Source of the DNA: Eledone cirrhosa
Taxonomy: Eukaryota
Direction of reading: 5' to 3'
Length of the DNA: 64,000 bases
Assembly (NCBI GenBank): GCA_964016885.1
Contig: OZ024745.1
Coordinates: forward strand, 16,554,001 to 16,618,000
Shown here: positions 28,914-43,215 of the stretch, piece after piece
How the letters are laid out: every line of letters begins with the position of its first letter
How positions within the stretch are numbered: the first letter of the stretch is position 1
The notes under the pieces: model-generated
Database searches by the model: none
Seen by the model: the letters and a program-made list of their open reading frames with translations, nothing else
Told to the model about the DNA's origin: nothing
Made by a program: the position numbers and the translations under genes

Positions 28914-28920
<7 letters not shown>
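28218..28920 (-). mobile_element. Tandem plus inverted pLTR-like repeats (Penelope-like arrangement)
   Basis: Direct copies at 28218-28439 and 28539-28759, inverted copy at 28769-28920; both ends abut (TA)n; each direct copy holds an HHR motif. Confidence 0.8.
28704..28748 (-). ncRNA. Type I hammerhead ribozyme (U3-A8 variant)
   Basis: AGCT-TTGATAA-GCAT caaaaa ATGC-GAAA-CAG ggca CTG-TC-AGCT: all three stems pair, GUC triplet. The copy at 28384-28428 has G5->C. Confidence 0.72.
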
Positions 28921-28986
<66 letters not shown>

Positions 28987-29148
28987 ATATATATATATTT
29001 AAAAGAATAGAGGTATAACACACGAGTTATGATATATTGGTAAAAGGAAAAGAAAATGCTGACAATTGTTCCCAGTGTAAAATAGTTTAATTAGGAATAA
29101 GTAAAAATTAGTAATAGTATAGGTTAGTATTCAGTTTTGGTTTTAAGT

Positions 29149-29185
29149 TTTTACCGGTTGCGCATTTCTAATGCTTTTCAAAAAT
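29149..29185 (-). ncRNA. Degenerate hammerhead (same type as 13025-13060)
   Basis: ttt-TTGAAAA-GCAT tagaa ATGC-GCAA-CCGG-TA-aaa; GAAA is mutated to GCAA. Confidence 0.5.
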
Positions 29186-29536
29186 AATTTTGAGATAGAG
29201 CGCCCGTGATGTTTGCTCTAATCTGATTAGTTTTGGAAATTCTACCTGTTTTATGTAAAAAAAAGTGGTTCCACATGTATGAAAATATTCTTGTGGTCAA
29301 AACAATTTTGATTGGTCGGTAGAGGTCATGTGAATGTTAAAAATTGATTTTGCGCCAAATGTAGGTTTTTCTCGGCTGATTGAGAAGTCACTGAAAAATA
29401 AGTCTTTCAAGACAAATATGTGTGTGTGTGTGTAGTAGTAGTAGTAAAGAGGTTCGTTGTTGTGATAATGGTCAGCAGGGATGTGTGTGCGAACCGCAGC
29501 CTGCTGACAGGTCAACAGTTCAGATGTCGATTAAGA

Positions 29537-29663
<127 letters not shown>

Positions 29664-29772
29664 CAGAGTAATTCGTGGTAGAGGGATCGGTCAGTAGGAA
29701 TGTGTCTATACGTGTGTGGGGATATTTTAACATGTTAAAAGATATTTTTCAGCTTTTGTCTTATATGGAGAA

Positions 29773-29804
<32 letters not shown>

Positions 29805-30055
29805 TTCTTTGTATGTTAATGTACGCGTGTGTATGTGTGTGTGTATATATATGTGTGTGTGTGTGTGAATGTGTGTGTATGTGTGGGTGGACCAGTATTT
29901 TTGTGGTACTGGTAAATATGGTGTACATTATTCGATATTTTCAGTAAAAACGATTCTCTCAATAGAACATCAACAACCTTAATAATAAAAGGTGTGAAAT
30001 GATATATAGTATTGGCATAAGACCAAGGTGTGTGTGAGTATCCAGAATGTACGTA

Positions 30056-30101
<46 letters not shown>

Positions 30102-30595
30102 TGTATTAGACCGGTCCGCCACCATACACTGGCCTAGCGAAGAAAACACCAAGACAATAGCTTTCAAAGCGTAGAGTAACTCTACAGAGTCAACGGCCAT
30201 CCACCCCAACAATGGGTTAAATAGCCTCACCAATCTACAATCGGCCAAGCACGGTGAGGATGTTTGTACCCATGGAGAGGTTAAACTCCATGACAATAAC
30301 ACATGCAATCTTCGTAACTGTCTTGTTATATTGCCTTGGTTTGTCACTAGACACATAGCTGCAGGGATGGAGTGGGTGCTATGTGTGTAGCACAAGAAAG
30401 TAGCATTGCAATGCACAAATATTTCTTCACAAGTCATACAGCATTGAGTATTGGCAACGGATGAATATTCAACTTGTTTAACACAAGGACGGCTCCAGTC
30501 TTACCCTATTTCGGGACGCACTACTCACCCATACCATATAAAAAGGGTCTAGAAAGTGACCTAATCAAAGTTTGTTAAGTCATCAAACTGGCCAG

Positions 30596-30758
30596 CATTT
30601 ATTAACATATTACATATGTTTCTCCATCGATCAGCTCGAGGCAAGATCTTCAGATCTTCAGATCTTTAGATCCTTCGACTCCAGAGTCGGATTCGATCTG
30701 TAACAGATCTTGCCTCGGGCTGATCGACGGAGAAACATATGTAATATGTTAATGAATG
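30596..30758. repeat. Fold-back palindrome, ~57-bp arms
   Basis: catttattaacatattacatatgtttctcc...gcaagatct / agatcttgcc...ggagaaacatatgtaatatgttaatgaatg; contains GAAACATATGTA. Confidence 0.8.
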
Positions 30759-30788
30759 TGAGATGACGCAGCACTGATTCCCCGTTCT

Positions 30789-30837
<49 letters not shown>

Positions 30838-30972
30838 ATATATATATACTTGAAAATCGATTAAAGGTGTTTATCTTCTTTTCAATTTACAGAGAAATTG
30901 ATAAATTCCGGCATGCTTACATGACTACTTATTAAATATAAAAAAATGTTTTTATTTGTTATATGTAAGAGC

Positions 30973-31390
30973 TGTGGATTGGCACCGAGCACCATACTCT
31001 GCGTTTTAGATGTACGGCCCTTTACGTTCAGAATTTAAATCCCGATGAGGTTAGCTTTGCCATTCATCCTTACGGAGTCACTGGGGTCGATTTAATGGTT
31101 TTTCCCCTCCCCCAAAATTGTTGGCTTCGTGCCTTAATCCGAAACTATTATTACTTATATGTAGGGTGGTGAATTGCAAGAGTCCTGAGAGTGTCGAGCA
31201 AATGCTTAGTGCTATTTGCTTCGGCTTTTTTAACGTTTTGTTTTAGTTCAAATCCCCCCGAGGTCACCTTTGCCTTTCAACTTTTTAAAGTCGATGAAAT
31301 AAAGTACCAGTTATGTACTAGGGTCGATATAATCAATTTTCCCCTTCCCACAAATGACTGTCCTTGTGCAGAACGTAGAAATCACTATTA
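30973..31390 (+). mobile_element. Two diverged SINE copies in tandem
   Basis: Core ttgcc.ttca..ctt...gtcgat and B-box-like ttcaaatccc in both copies. Confidence 0.65.
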
Positions 31391-33039
31391 GTTAAAAGGT
31401 CATACCGCATTATAATTATACCTAATGTACGAAAACACACTTTTTACATTAGTAACACATATTTAATATAAATTAGCTTTACTACAAAACACCATGCTGT
31501 CACAACGTCAACATTTTTAATAATCTGCTTCTATTAGACATCAATCATAAGTTGTTTTTTATACCTCAAGTCTAACTTTAACCCTTTCCCCTGTACACAT
31601 ACCATCTAATTATAGTATGGTAATTGTAACATTATATGTAATTTCCCAGTCACTGCTCTCCTCCACTTTCATCTATCGTTATTTCTCCACAGCTCCTGTA
31701 AAAGATAGTGTCATATTTGTTTTATATTAAGATTTCATTATTCTTATAATGTACATGTCCTAAATGTTTTGATAATACTTATATGATATGTTTGAAAAAG
31801 AAAAAATACGTTGATGTACATGAGAGATTACAGAAACAGCCAGTACCATTTGAATGATTGTAACAAACTTTGGCAAAATGTGACAGAAACATATGAATGA
31901 TATATTTATTAGTCTTTAAACTTTTTAAAATGTGTCTTTTGTAGAAAAAAAGACAAAAACAAAACTATAAAAAATTCTTCTTTATTTTGGCATCATTTCT
32001 TTTTTCAAGACATTTAACAATATTACCGTTTTTCTATGTATTTAACTCGAGCAAACTCTGACTGCTATATTGACTTAACAAATTACAAATGTAAATGCAA
32101 CCCATATCACATGAAACCTAACAGACCAAGCAGAATTATATTACACAGAAGATTTAAACAGTTGAATGTTACAAAGTGTCTTGAGAACCTAAATCACTTC
32201 CCATCCCACAACACTCCCCTATCTATTTACGGAGAGAGCAATTATGTGTTAAACAGGAGAGCTGAAATTACCGTAACTTGATGCAGCAGCAAAGAACATT
32301 TCAATTTTAAGGTAAACGGCGCTGTTATAGCTTTTGAAATGCTCAAGAGAGCTTTACGTGTAATATTACTCGTGTGTAATGAATCAAAGTCATTTTTGTT
32401 TCTCATGCTTCTTGCATATTGTAAATATTTTTCTAGGTATAATTATAGACGAATAGTTAAGAGTTCCGTTTGCTAACCACCTTGTCCAGGGTTTGATTCT
32501 ATTGCGTGGCACTTTGGCCATGCCGGCTCTATTCTAGTTCTGGGCTGGAAAGTATCTTCAAAGCAGAAAACCCGAGCGAATGTTTGCCACAAAGTAGACT
32601 CCTCTATAGTCTGACAATGTCCACATTGCATATGTTAAACCATCAACTGATTAAGGTTACCACCTATATCTGTTTCACCTTATCCCTCCTCACTATTACA
32701 ATAACACACGACACCACTCCAGTTTTCCGTTAGACCCTTGAAACACCCCGGTGTTACATTACATTTCACAACTTAGCCTACGCCACGGCTCTATTATACT
32801 ACACACTTTAAGACAATATCACTCGTGTATTGCATTACACAATACAATCACATCGCTTGACACATATTGACGCCAAACCTCCCCCGTATTGCATTAAATT
32901 GCATTACACTACATCACACAACTTAATATGATACCATTCCACCATTACATTGCTACACTGGACAAATATTTAAAATGTTTGATAGAAAATTAAAATATAA
33001 AAATGAAGAGGATGACAGTCAGAAGACGGTTGCTTCTGA

Positions 33040-33112
33040 CAGGACCACTGGAAGGAGTGTTTGAAGACTCTGCCCTGACAGCCTTCTCACGAATAAGCGG
33101 GTGAAGAAGAAG
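33040..33112 (+). mobile_element. RTE 3' terminal fragment
   Basis: ctggaaggagtgtttga.gactctgccc..ac.ccttctc..gaataagcgggtgaagaagaag matches 22280-22345. Confidence 0.6.
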
Positions 33113-33341
33113 TCAGTTCTTTCAAGTCCCTTTTTAGTTTTAGTTAAATTAACAAGGACAAAAACAACAAATAAAGATAAAGAAATATGAGAAAGAAAGA
33201 TAAAATTAATGATAAAATTCTACCACACCCCTACGCCACGAGTACAACATCCAGATTCACAACTCACTCCAAATAAATTTATAAAATGCTAAGTAGGGTT
33301 TCCATACGAAATTAATAAAAGATTGAGCTGAAATAATAATT

Positions 33342-33507
33342 GTTTCTACGTTAGGCACAAGGCCACCAATTATCCAGTGCATTACTGGTACTTTATTTTA
33401 TCGAACCCGTAAGGATGAAAGGCAAAGTAAACCTCGGCGGGATTTGAACTCAGATCGTAAAGGGACGTAACTATGGCGTCCGACCCTCTACCGATACTGC
33501 CAATCCA
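33342..33507 (-). mobile_element. tRNA-derived SINE with 14-bp TSD
   Basis: ctgaaataataatt at 33328-33341 and 33508-33521. Confidence 0.92.
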
Positions 33508-35140
33508 CTGAAATAATAATTCAAATAATTATAGTGTCAATAAATTAAACTATTATAAATGTATTAGAATATGAAATGTGCTATGTTGGAAAGATATTAT
33601 GTTTTGCTTGTACGAATAAAACATTAAATTTGATGATTTATCTAACACACACTACGACTATCCATTTTTAAAATTAAAAACAAAAAATGATAATTATAAA
33701 TTATTTTCATATTATTCACGTCAAAATTTAAAAGAAACAAAAAGAGTGAATCGAAGAAAAGTAATTTAATTATTCCAAAAAATAATTATAAAAATTACAT
33801 TGTAAATAGAGTATCGTGTACATAAATTCACTCAGAAAATATTTTTCCGCCACCCACTTGCCTTGACCTTTAATACGTTCTATAATTTGTTGTTTTCGTG
33901 TTTGGTGTTTTGTGTTTTCCTATTGTACTCCTTGTTTATTCGCTGATGGTTTGTCGCGAAACATCTAAAATATATATTAAATAATCGATTCAATGAACTG
34001 AATTCAAGTTAACTACTCAAATACAATTTGGAATGAAATTTCTAAAAAAAAAAAAAAAAAAGCTAACCAAATATATACAATTAAGAAGTGATTATCACAA
34101 AATTCGGTTTCAGGCAGAATCGATTAGGTGACTATAATACGTTTAAAAGATATTTACTTTGAAAATAAATTTAATAAAACGTAATGAAATAATTTTCTTT
34201 TTCATTAAATATTGCTGAATAATATTTGTTTTAAAAAATACTTTTTTAATATAAAGACAATTTGTTTTGATTTAATTTGACGGTCTCATTGTCAGAGTGA
34301 GATGTCAAGTTAGTGAAATTTTATTTTTATAAATTCTACATACTATAAATTAATGAGTACCCACGACATACTGTCATATTTCCATGCTAGAAAAAATTAT
34401 TTTATGTCAGTGACCGGGTCGCAAACAGTACGACGCAAAGTGTGAACCAACAAATGAAAGTGTAACAGTTCTGGGGAATATTTTTAAATCGATAAAATTG
34501 GTGTAGATTCAAGATACAGTTTCAGATCAAGTCATTGGCTAAAAGCTGAGGGACAATGTTAATTGATGTCTAAAGAAGATAACATGATACTGGCAGTTAT
34601 TGTTATACACGTGTTTCAGTAACTTTATATACATTCTCACATGAGAGAATGTAATTGACTATAGAAGTTTAAGTGAACCATCTAAAACAAATCCTTAAGG
34701 TATCGTATGGTATTCCTTAAAATAACAATTACCACTCTAAATTTTACTATATGTTCGTGTAACTAAAAGAATATGTTTATATTATCTTTGTTGTAACCAT
34801 TATATTTGGTTTATAGCAATGTGAGGAAATAATGTATAAAACAATAAGATATCACGTTAATATGATTATACAATCGTGGTTTTGTTACTGGTTTAGGTTT
34901 AAGTACTTAACTATATAAACAGAGAACGTGGTATTTAAATTGATAGAAATACAGACTTTACCTCGTTATAATAATTGTATGGTATGGTGTGGAACAATAA
35001 CTCCTGGTGGAGTCGTAGGGGCTCCATAAATGACATCATAAGCCCGACTGTATGAAATGTTACTGATATCTTACAATTTATTGAGAAGAATGTTTGCTTG
35101 GCGGTGGGATTGTGGGGGTGATTGACGAAGGTAAATGTAT

Positions 35141-35238
35141 ATAATTGTTTCTACTTTAGGCACAAGGCCAGCAATTACCCAGTGCATTACTGGTACTTTA
35201 TTTTATCGACCCCGTAAGGATGAAAGGCAAAGTCAACC
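35141..35238 (-). mobile_element. 5'-truncated SINE
   Basis: 3' half of the consensus only. Confidence 0.85.
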
Positions 35239-35558
35239 ATGACGCTATTTAGAATTTTGGGAGAACATTGAAAGAAATATCACAACATTGTCTTTCATCT
35301 GCGTCTGGTTGAATCAAATATTTTAACCCTAAATAATTGTTTACGTAATATAGTACAAGACACAGCACTGTTCTGACCTAGAATTTGGCACAAAATATAT
35401 ACCACGGTGTACGTCTCATAAGCATGAACTTGCAGATTCCCTGACAAGCATTGAAAACAAGAAGAACAACAACTCGCTATATTTTTAACAGTTTCAACAG
35501 ATTTTCTACTGTTGAGTGTCTTCGCTTGATCACTTCCACAATAAACACTTCTAATAAC

Positions 35559-35652
35559 TGTTTCTACTTTAGGCACAAGGCCAGCAATTACCCAGTGCAT
35601 TACTGGTACTTTATTTTATCGACCCCGTAAGGATGTAAGGCAAAGTCAACCT
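35559..35652 (-). mobile_element. 5'-truncated SINE with 12-bp TSD
   Basis: acttctaataac at 35547-35558 and 35653-35664. Confidence 0.88.
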
Positions 35653-36649
35653 ACTTCTAATAACATTGTATACACAGCATATTAAACGTTGTCTCACCCA
35701 GAGGGACTGTACATAATGATGTGACAAATACTCCTCACGCATTCATTTCCTTCGTTTACACTGTCTTCGCATGAATTTAGTATTCAAACTCAACCCTTAC
35801 CCGTCTCTCCCTTTGTACTAATTTTAATGGTGTGAATGATCATATGTTCAAAGATTTCACTATAGTCTGCAGAAATTATCAAATCAAATCAATCGAGTGA
35901 CGTCTGAACCATTTTTATTATGTACACTGGTGTCCAATATTCATTGAACTGGGTTGATTTCTGTCAGTGAAATGATTAGATCATGAAGGAAAAACAAAAG
36001 AGAACACAAACACAGAGCTCACAGAGAGAGGGAGAAAACGAATTTTAATCAAAGAGACTAACTGCTAAGATGTTCTCATATCTTTAGTTAAATCCATATA
36101 ATTAAATTTGCATTTCTTTTATCCAATCTATATCATCAGTGCAGACGAAACAGTTTTCAGCTTATTTGTATATTCATGAAATGCTATAGTTATTATTCCT
36201 TATAATTACAGAGGTTATATTTTGGTAAGCGTTGCAGTACATGATATAAAACTTGCCAATTTATAAGATGTATGTTTAGACAGTAAAATCTCTCACTAAG
36301 CCTCCACTGTCTTATAATGGTAATTATTTGAATATATTAAACTCTGGCACTTGTTTTGCATTTCCGTTTACTCCATAAACGAAGCATATTCATTCCATTG
36401 ACAACATATAGTTGGTAACAGTTTATAGGTTCGTTATAAAGTTCCAAGAAAATAATATTGTTGCTCCGTTTTATTGCTATTTCTAATACGAGGGATGCTG
36501 TTGCACTATATACTTTAATCAGACTTTAATTTCACGTGAGTGCAAGAACTAATTTGAGAGGGTTAAAGTTCAATGGTTGCAGCGGTGATCAGGTGGGAAA
36601 GTGCAACATAGATTTAACCAAACCTTGAAGCTATTTTACTTCCTGTATA

Positions 36650-37031
36650 ATATAATTGTTTCCACTTTTGGCACAAGGCGATCAATTACCCAGTGCATTA
36701 CTGGTACTTTATTTTATCTACCCCGTAAGGACGAAAGGCGAAGTTAACCTCGGGGGGATTTGAACTTAGAATGGCAAGGGCCGTAACTCTATGCGTCAAA
36801 GCATGGTGTCTGACTCTCTACCGATTCTGCCAATCCACCGCCCCTTGAATTTCTACTTTTGGCACAAGGCCAGCGATTACCCCAGTGCATCACTGGTACT
36901 TTATTTTATCGACCTTGTAAGGATGGAACGCAAAGTTAACCTCGCCGGATTTGAACTCAGAATGCAAAGGACCATAACTATGCTGCAAAACATGGTGTCT
37001 GACGCTCTACTGATACTGCCATACCACCGTC
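36650..37031 (-). mobile_element. SINE dimer
   Basis: Two head-to-tail copies flanked by cttcctgtata at 36639-36649 and 37032-37042. Confidence 0.85.
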
Positions 37032-37107
37032 CTTCCTGTATATAATGGTTTCTAATTTAGGCACGAGACCTACAGGTTGTGGAGTGGGATCGATCAAATC
37101 GATCAAG

Positions 37108-37305
37108 GCCGGTGGATTGGCAGTGTCCTTGGAGCATCGAACAACATGCTTTGCGGCATATAGTTACGGCCCCTATACCATGGTTAGCTTTGTCTTCCAT
37201 TCGTATGGGGTCAATAAAATAAAGAACCAGTAACGCACTAGAATCGATTTAAATGACTTTCCTCGTCCTTTCAAATTGCTGACCCTGTGCTAAATATAGA
37301 AACAG
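37108..37305 (+). mobile_element. Diverged SINE
   Basis: ggccggtggattggcagt...ggggtcaataaaataaagaaccagt...tagaaacagtt. Confidence 0.7.
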
Positions 37306-37599
37306 TTCTTTATAAAAGCACGGAGTGAGATGCGGGAAGTCTATGGTGATCATTTATAGCAAATTTATATCATTCATAGTATTTATATTCCCTCATTGCC
37401 TTGCATTTCTCTCGCTTCATCAGTCGTTAGTTATCTATATGAATAACTAATATGCCTGATGACGAAGTAACATTTTTTAATATATACAGCGAGTTTGAAC
37501 TTACAAACCATGGGTTACGAATAAATCCAATATCTTATATACTGACCACATGCTACATATTCTACACCAACGATATTTAAGTATAATAAAGTAACGATA

Positions 37600-39510
37600 T
37601 ATTTCGATTTTCTCTTTATTGGAAGTGATAAAGAACAGTTGTTTCTTTCTAGACAATACCTGTCTATTTGTAATATTACCTGTCATCATGAAATATAAAC
37701 CATTTTGCCATGCCATCTACTTTAAAATGATTCAGTCTGAAACTATCAAATCTACGGAATATTTGGTTTCCTAGATTGATTAAAGAACAACGCAATTCTA
37801 GACGTCTGCGATATAACGGATAGCGAGAGGAAATTATCAATCAAGCTTCATCTAGTTTCCTCTTTGTTAATTTGATATGTCTTTGCAGTCTGTTGGCTTG
37901 ATATACTGGTAATCGATTACTAAATCAATTATTGATTTTGGATTCTACATATCGTAAGTATAGTTTCGACCCGTCTTTGATAAGCTATTGCTATCAAGTA
38001 ATACCTTTTGATTAGCTACTCTTCTTTACGGGTGAAAAGCTTCTGGCTTTACATTTGATGTTAGCGTGAATTGCTACGCCTCATGCCTCTTTTCATGAAT
38101 ACAATCCCTGGGCTGAATATTACTCTGATCGAACAAATTATATTTCATCGATGGTTTTAAATGATTTATAATAGGAAATTGATGTTTCGTTCTATATCTA
38201 AGTCTTGGTCTATTTTTACTCATCTAAAACGAACAAATAATGTAAATATTGACCAATATAATCCAGACAAAGAAGATGTTCATTATCGTTGATAATGTGA
38301 ATCACATAGAGAGAGAGATAGAGCTTCTAAAGCTGCAGCCAATCTACTTTCTAGAAGCTTGGTTACACTGAAATTAAATTGATCGGCACACTGTGTTGTT
38401 TTAATAGATATCACACTCAGACACCTAAATCACACGGTTTTCCTAATTGCTAACTCCAGCAGGAATTATTTTCTTGCAAGAATGTAGACCAGGATTGTAG
38501 AAAACAGTCCTTTGACACGCTACAATAGACAAAGCATTCGTTTGGTTACTGCTGTCGATCGTTTGAGTATGCAGGTGAAGAGGTTTTACCAGAGATTCAT
38601 CATCAAATAGTTGAGTGGCTCGAATTCATAAGTAAGTTCTATGGATGTTTTTCAACCAAATGATGCATAATACTACATCATCTTTCTCTTTCTCCAGTGA
38701 ATGAGGGACTTATCTAAAGCCGCTGAATACGAATGTGTTTCTTGCTACAATGTTCAACAATAGCTTCATTTATTTATTTCGCTTCTCTATCAAACGATCA
38801 CCCTTTTAACTAAGTTTAAGTGTTGTACAATAAAACGATCTTGGTCATGTAGAAACTGAATCTGTTTTCACCAGCCATTTTTATCATCTACTTCCTTTCT
38901 GAACATCGGATCGTCTTATCTCTTTTAATCAAGGCAATTTAGACACACATTTTGCTTCCGAACAACCATATTCTGTAACACAGTAAATTATGTTTAATAA
39001 CTGGTGTTGTGGAATGATGTAGAAAGTATTGCTTACAAAGCTAATTGTCCAAATAAGGATGGCGTTGCCAGCACCTTTCTTAGAACTCCAACTGCATTGA
39101 GCTATGTACCTGGTACCGAGTAGTATTCCAATTTTGTCAAATAGGGAAACACTACAGATTGCTCCTTTCTCAACCAGCTCCTGTAAAATGTCGACCTCCC
39201 TCCCTCACTTATTATGGTCTCAATTGTAAAAGCACCATCTTCCTTAACATCTACTTATTTTCTACACTGACTGTTACATACATGATAATGAACTATTTAT
39301 AGTGTTATTCGGCTCTTATTCTGGCCAATGATACATATGTCTTGCCTCATTTGCATATGAATCCGCGCCAGTCTTTGGTACGTGAAACGTTACAGTTTCA
39401 GGTCTTCCTGAATATTGTCTTGCCAACCTATCGGGGCTACTGCCTCATATATCGAGGTTTGGAAATCTGACAATAACGGGTAGACTATAGAAGTAAAAAG
39501 AAAACACCCA
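37600..39510 (-). pseudogene. Possible decayed Maverick/Polinton-like double jelly-roll major capsid protein gene
   Basis: Broken minus-strand frames give, in order: PLLSDFQTSIYE, PETVTFHVPKTGADFI, INSSLSCM*QSV, FTIETII, LHSCKKIIPAGV, SKLYLRYVE, SRYPLYRRRLE..LINLG. These recall Maverick MCP motifs; many stops and frameshifts. Confidence 0.4.
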
Positions 39511-40702
39511 ATAACCTCAGAATTCCGTATATTTTATTAGTTGTGGAGGTTTAAATAACAATTGCCTGATACATATGTTAAAGCTGAATATCTTTGATAT
39601 ATGTAGAACATGTAAACATAACTAGCCACATCACGCCGTATGTTAAGGTGACAAATTCTTTCAAAAGATATTATATGATACGTTTAATAAATATCCATCC
39701 AATGTGTTTCTTCAGAAGACATCTATTTTACCAGAGAAATATTGTAGAAATACAGATATAATGAATGTATATCGAGGGAATATCTTCTCCCAGCATGTTT
39801 TATTTTCTTTCATCTACCCCAGACAAAATATACGCTACAACATAAAATGAAATTTCTTTCTCGTATTCAACAGTATAAGTGCAGAATATATTGTATACAA
39901 TTTTAGACATCCAATTATTATTTTTTTTATTTGGTTTATGTACGAGAACGGTGTACAATTGCTACATAATTATTTTGAATTATATTAACGCCTCAGCCAG
40001 CACTGAAATACGGGGTGGTATTAATTATTGTGATGATCTCTTCAATCATACAGTTTCAGAATATCGTTTCCTTGTGTTATGAGATGATATTCAAGATGTG
40101 AGACGTTATTCCTTATAAGTTAATCACATTTAAGTTCGACCTGTGAAGTGCAGAACTTGTCCGCTCTAGGTTAAATATAACCATGCCATACTGTCATAAG
40201 GAATATATATATCATAACCCAATACAGACAGATTTTTTAATTTAATAAAGAAATATAACTGCAAAGATATTTCATACGAAGTCATCCGATATTAATAAAT
40301 ATTTAATAGTGACGTAAATGGTTAGAAAAAAATCTATAAAACACACATATAGAAAATAGATAAATCTTCGTGCAGTTGTTTAATAAGGTAAAGTTGTCAT
40401 AGCTTTGACGATGTATTAAAATACGATTTAATTTTTACTAACATAACATAACATATCAAAGTGCTCACATACGTTAGGTAGTGGAAAACTACTTCAAGTA
40501 AGTAATAATGAATATAGAACTGATAAATGAAGGAGGGTTGAATAGGAACTATAAGAACGTGTTTCATACATGTATATGTATATAGATGGATTCTCGATGT
40601 ATATCGGGAGGTGACCAGAGTTAAAAAAATCTACTCAATACGTTAGTAGAGAATAGACATATTTAGTTCTTATACATATGACTTTTACACAACTAAACCT
40701 GT

Positions 40703-40753
40703 TTCATTCGTAAGAAATCTTAAGGAAAGTCCTGAGGGTTTCTTACGAATGAA
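40703..40753. repeat. Short palindrome with degenerate HHR-like half
   Basis: ttcattcgtaagaaatcttaagga-aag-tcctgagggtttcttacgaatgaa. Confidence 0.75.
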
Positions 40754-40867
40754 TATATATACAATGTTACTAACATCGACATATGTTTTAATAGTTTCCA
40801 TAAACCTATTTAATATTTTCTTTTCCTACTCTTTATCTTTCTGTTTCTTCTTTTATTTCTCATTCTA

Positions 40868-40902
40868 CTTTCTGATGAAGTACTAAAGTCTGAAACGTTA
40901 AG
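40868..40902 (+). ncRNA. Minimal hammerhead-like motif
   Basis: cttt-CTGATGA-AGtAC taaa GTCT-GAAA-CG-TT-aag, with palindromic AACGTT. Confidence 0.55.
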
Positions 40903-40974
40903 CCACTTGTTATACTATATCAAGCATTAACATAATATATATCTTCAATGTACTGTACCGTTTGCTTTGTTATT

Positions 40975-41960
40975 TCAACGACTAACCACATTACACCTAT
41001 CACAACGCTACCACGTCTACCACTAACATCACTACCACTACAACTTTTATAACTACAACTGCAACCACTAACACTGATAGAATCACTACAGTAACCGTAA
41101 CTTGCAAATTGCCTCAAACGAACTACCAACCCTACTAAAACCATTTACCACACCAAAACCAATATGACCACCTACTCCAGTAACACCAATTCAGCTAATA
41201 CCTCTATAAAAACAACTGAAACCACTTACACCTAACACCAATATAACTACTTACATCACCAGCACTACTAACAACTATACAACCAAGAACACCACGAAAT
41301 AGAACAATGGTAAGCAACACCAGTAACTGAGACCACTTACCTCTAACACCAATATAGCCATTAACACTCCTAAAAACACCACAACTATTATAACAATCAC
41401 AACTACAACACTGGAACCATCACTAAATGGAACCACTTACACCTAACACTTATATATCCATTAACACGCCTAGAAACTACAACTGCCACAAGGACGACAA
41501 CAAGCACAACCCAACCATTGCTAGTAACTGAAACCACCTACACCAAACATCCATAAAAACAGTACAACAACTACAACATCCACAACAATCACAACAACCA
41601 CATCAACCACAACAATCACAACAACCACAAGCATAAAAACACAACAATCATAATAACCACATAACTCTAACCATCACTAGTAACTGAAACCACTTACACA
41701 TGACACCAATATAACTACTAACATCATTAAAATATACTACAACTACAGAAACCATGACAACGATAACTTGGAACCATCACCAGTAACTGAAATTACTACT
41801 TAGCACTAACATCAATATAGAAAATAACAACACTAAAACACACACAGCTGCCATAACAACCACACCAACCACACCACTGTAAACACAAGCACCAACTGAC
41901 ACCACTAAAATAAGAAAAACCAACATTACAACAATCACCATTGTTAAAACTGATGCAACA
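40975..41960. repeat. Degenerate A/C-rich minisatellite, ~100-155-bp units
   Basis: actgaaaccacttacacctaacaccaatata-like anchor at about 41215, 41326, 41430, 41526, 41682 and 41786, separated by (ACA/ACC)n spacers. Confidence 0.7.
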
Positions 41961-42169
41961 TTCTATGGAAATTCTCACTAGACTATTCTCTATTCTGCTT
42001 GCTAATTTTTCTTTTCGTCACAAGTTTTGCTCATTATAACTAAACCACTCTTTCTTCTCATCGAACTGACCTATTATCCTCCTGAATAAGTCTCACAAGG
42101 GAGAAAACTATGTTTAGTAAATCAAGCATATGTACATAATATGTGTGCATGTGTGTGCATATATGTGTA

Positions 42170-43215
<1,046 letters not shown>

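Noticed and set aside
33944-33970. Additional HHR-like strings (also near 10950, 11230, 37456, 58880)
   Set aside because: Stem II or core too degenerate to distinguish from chance.
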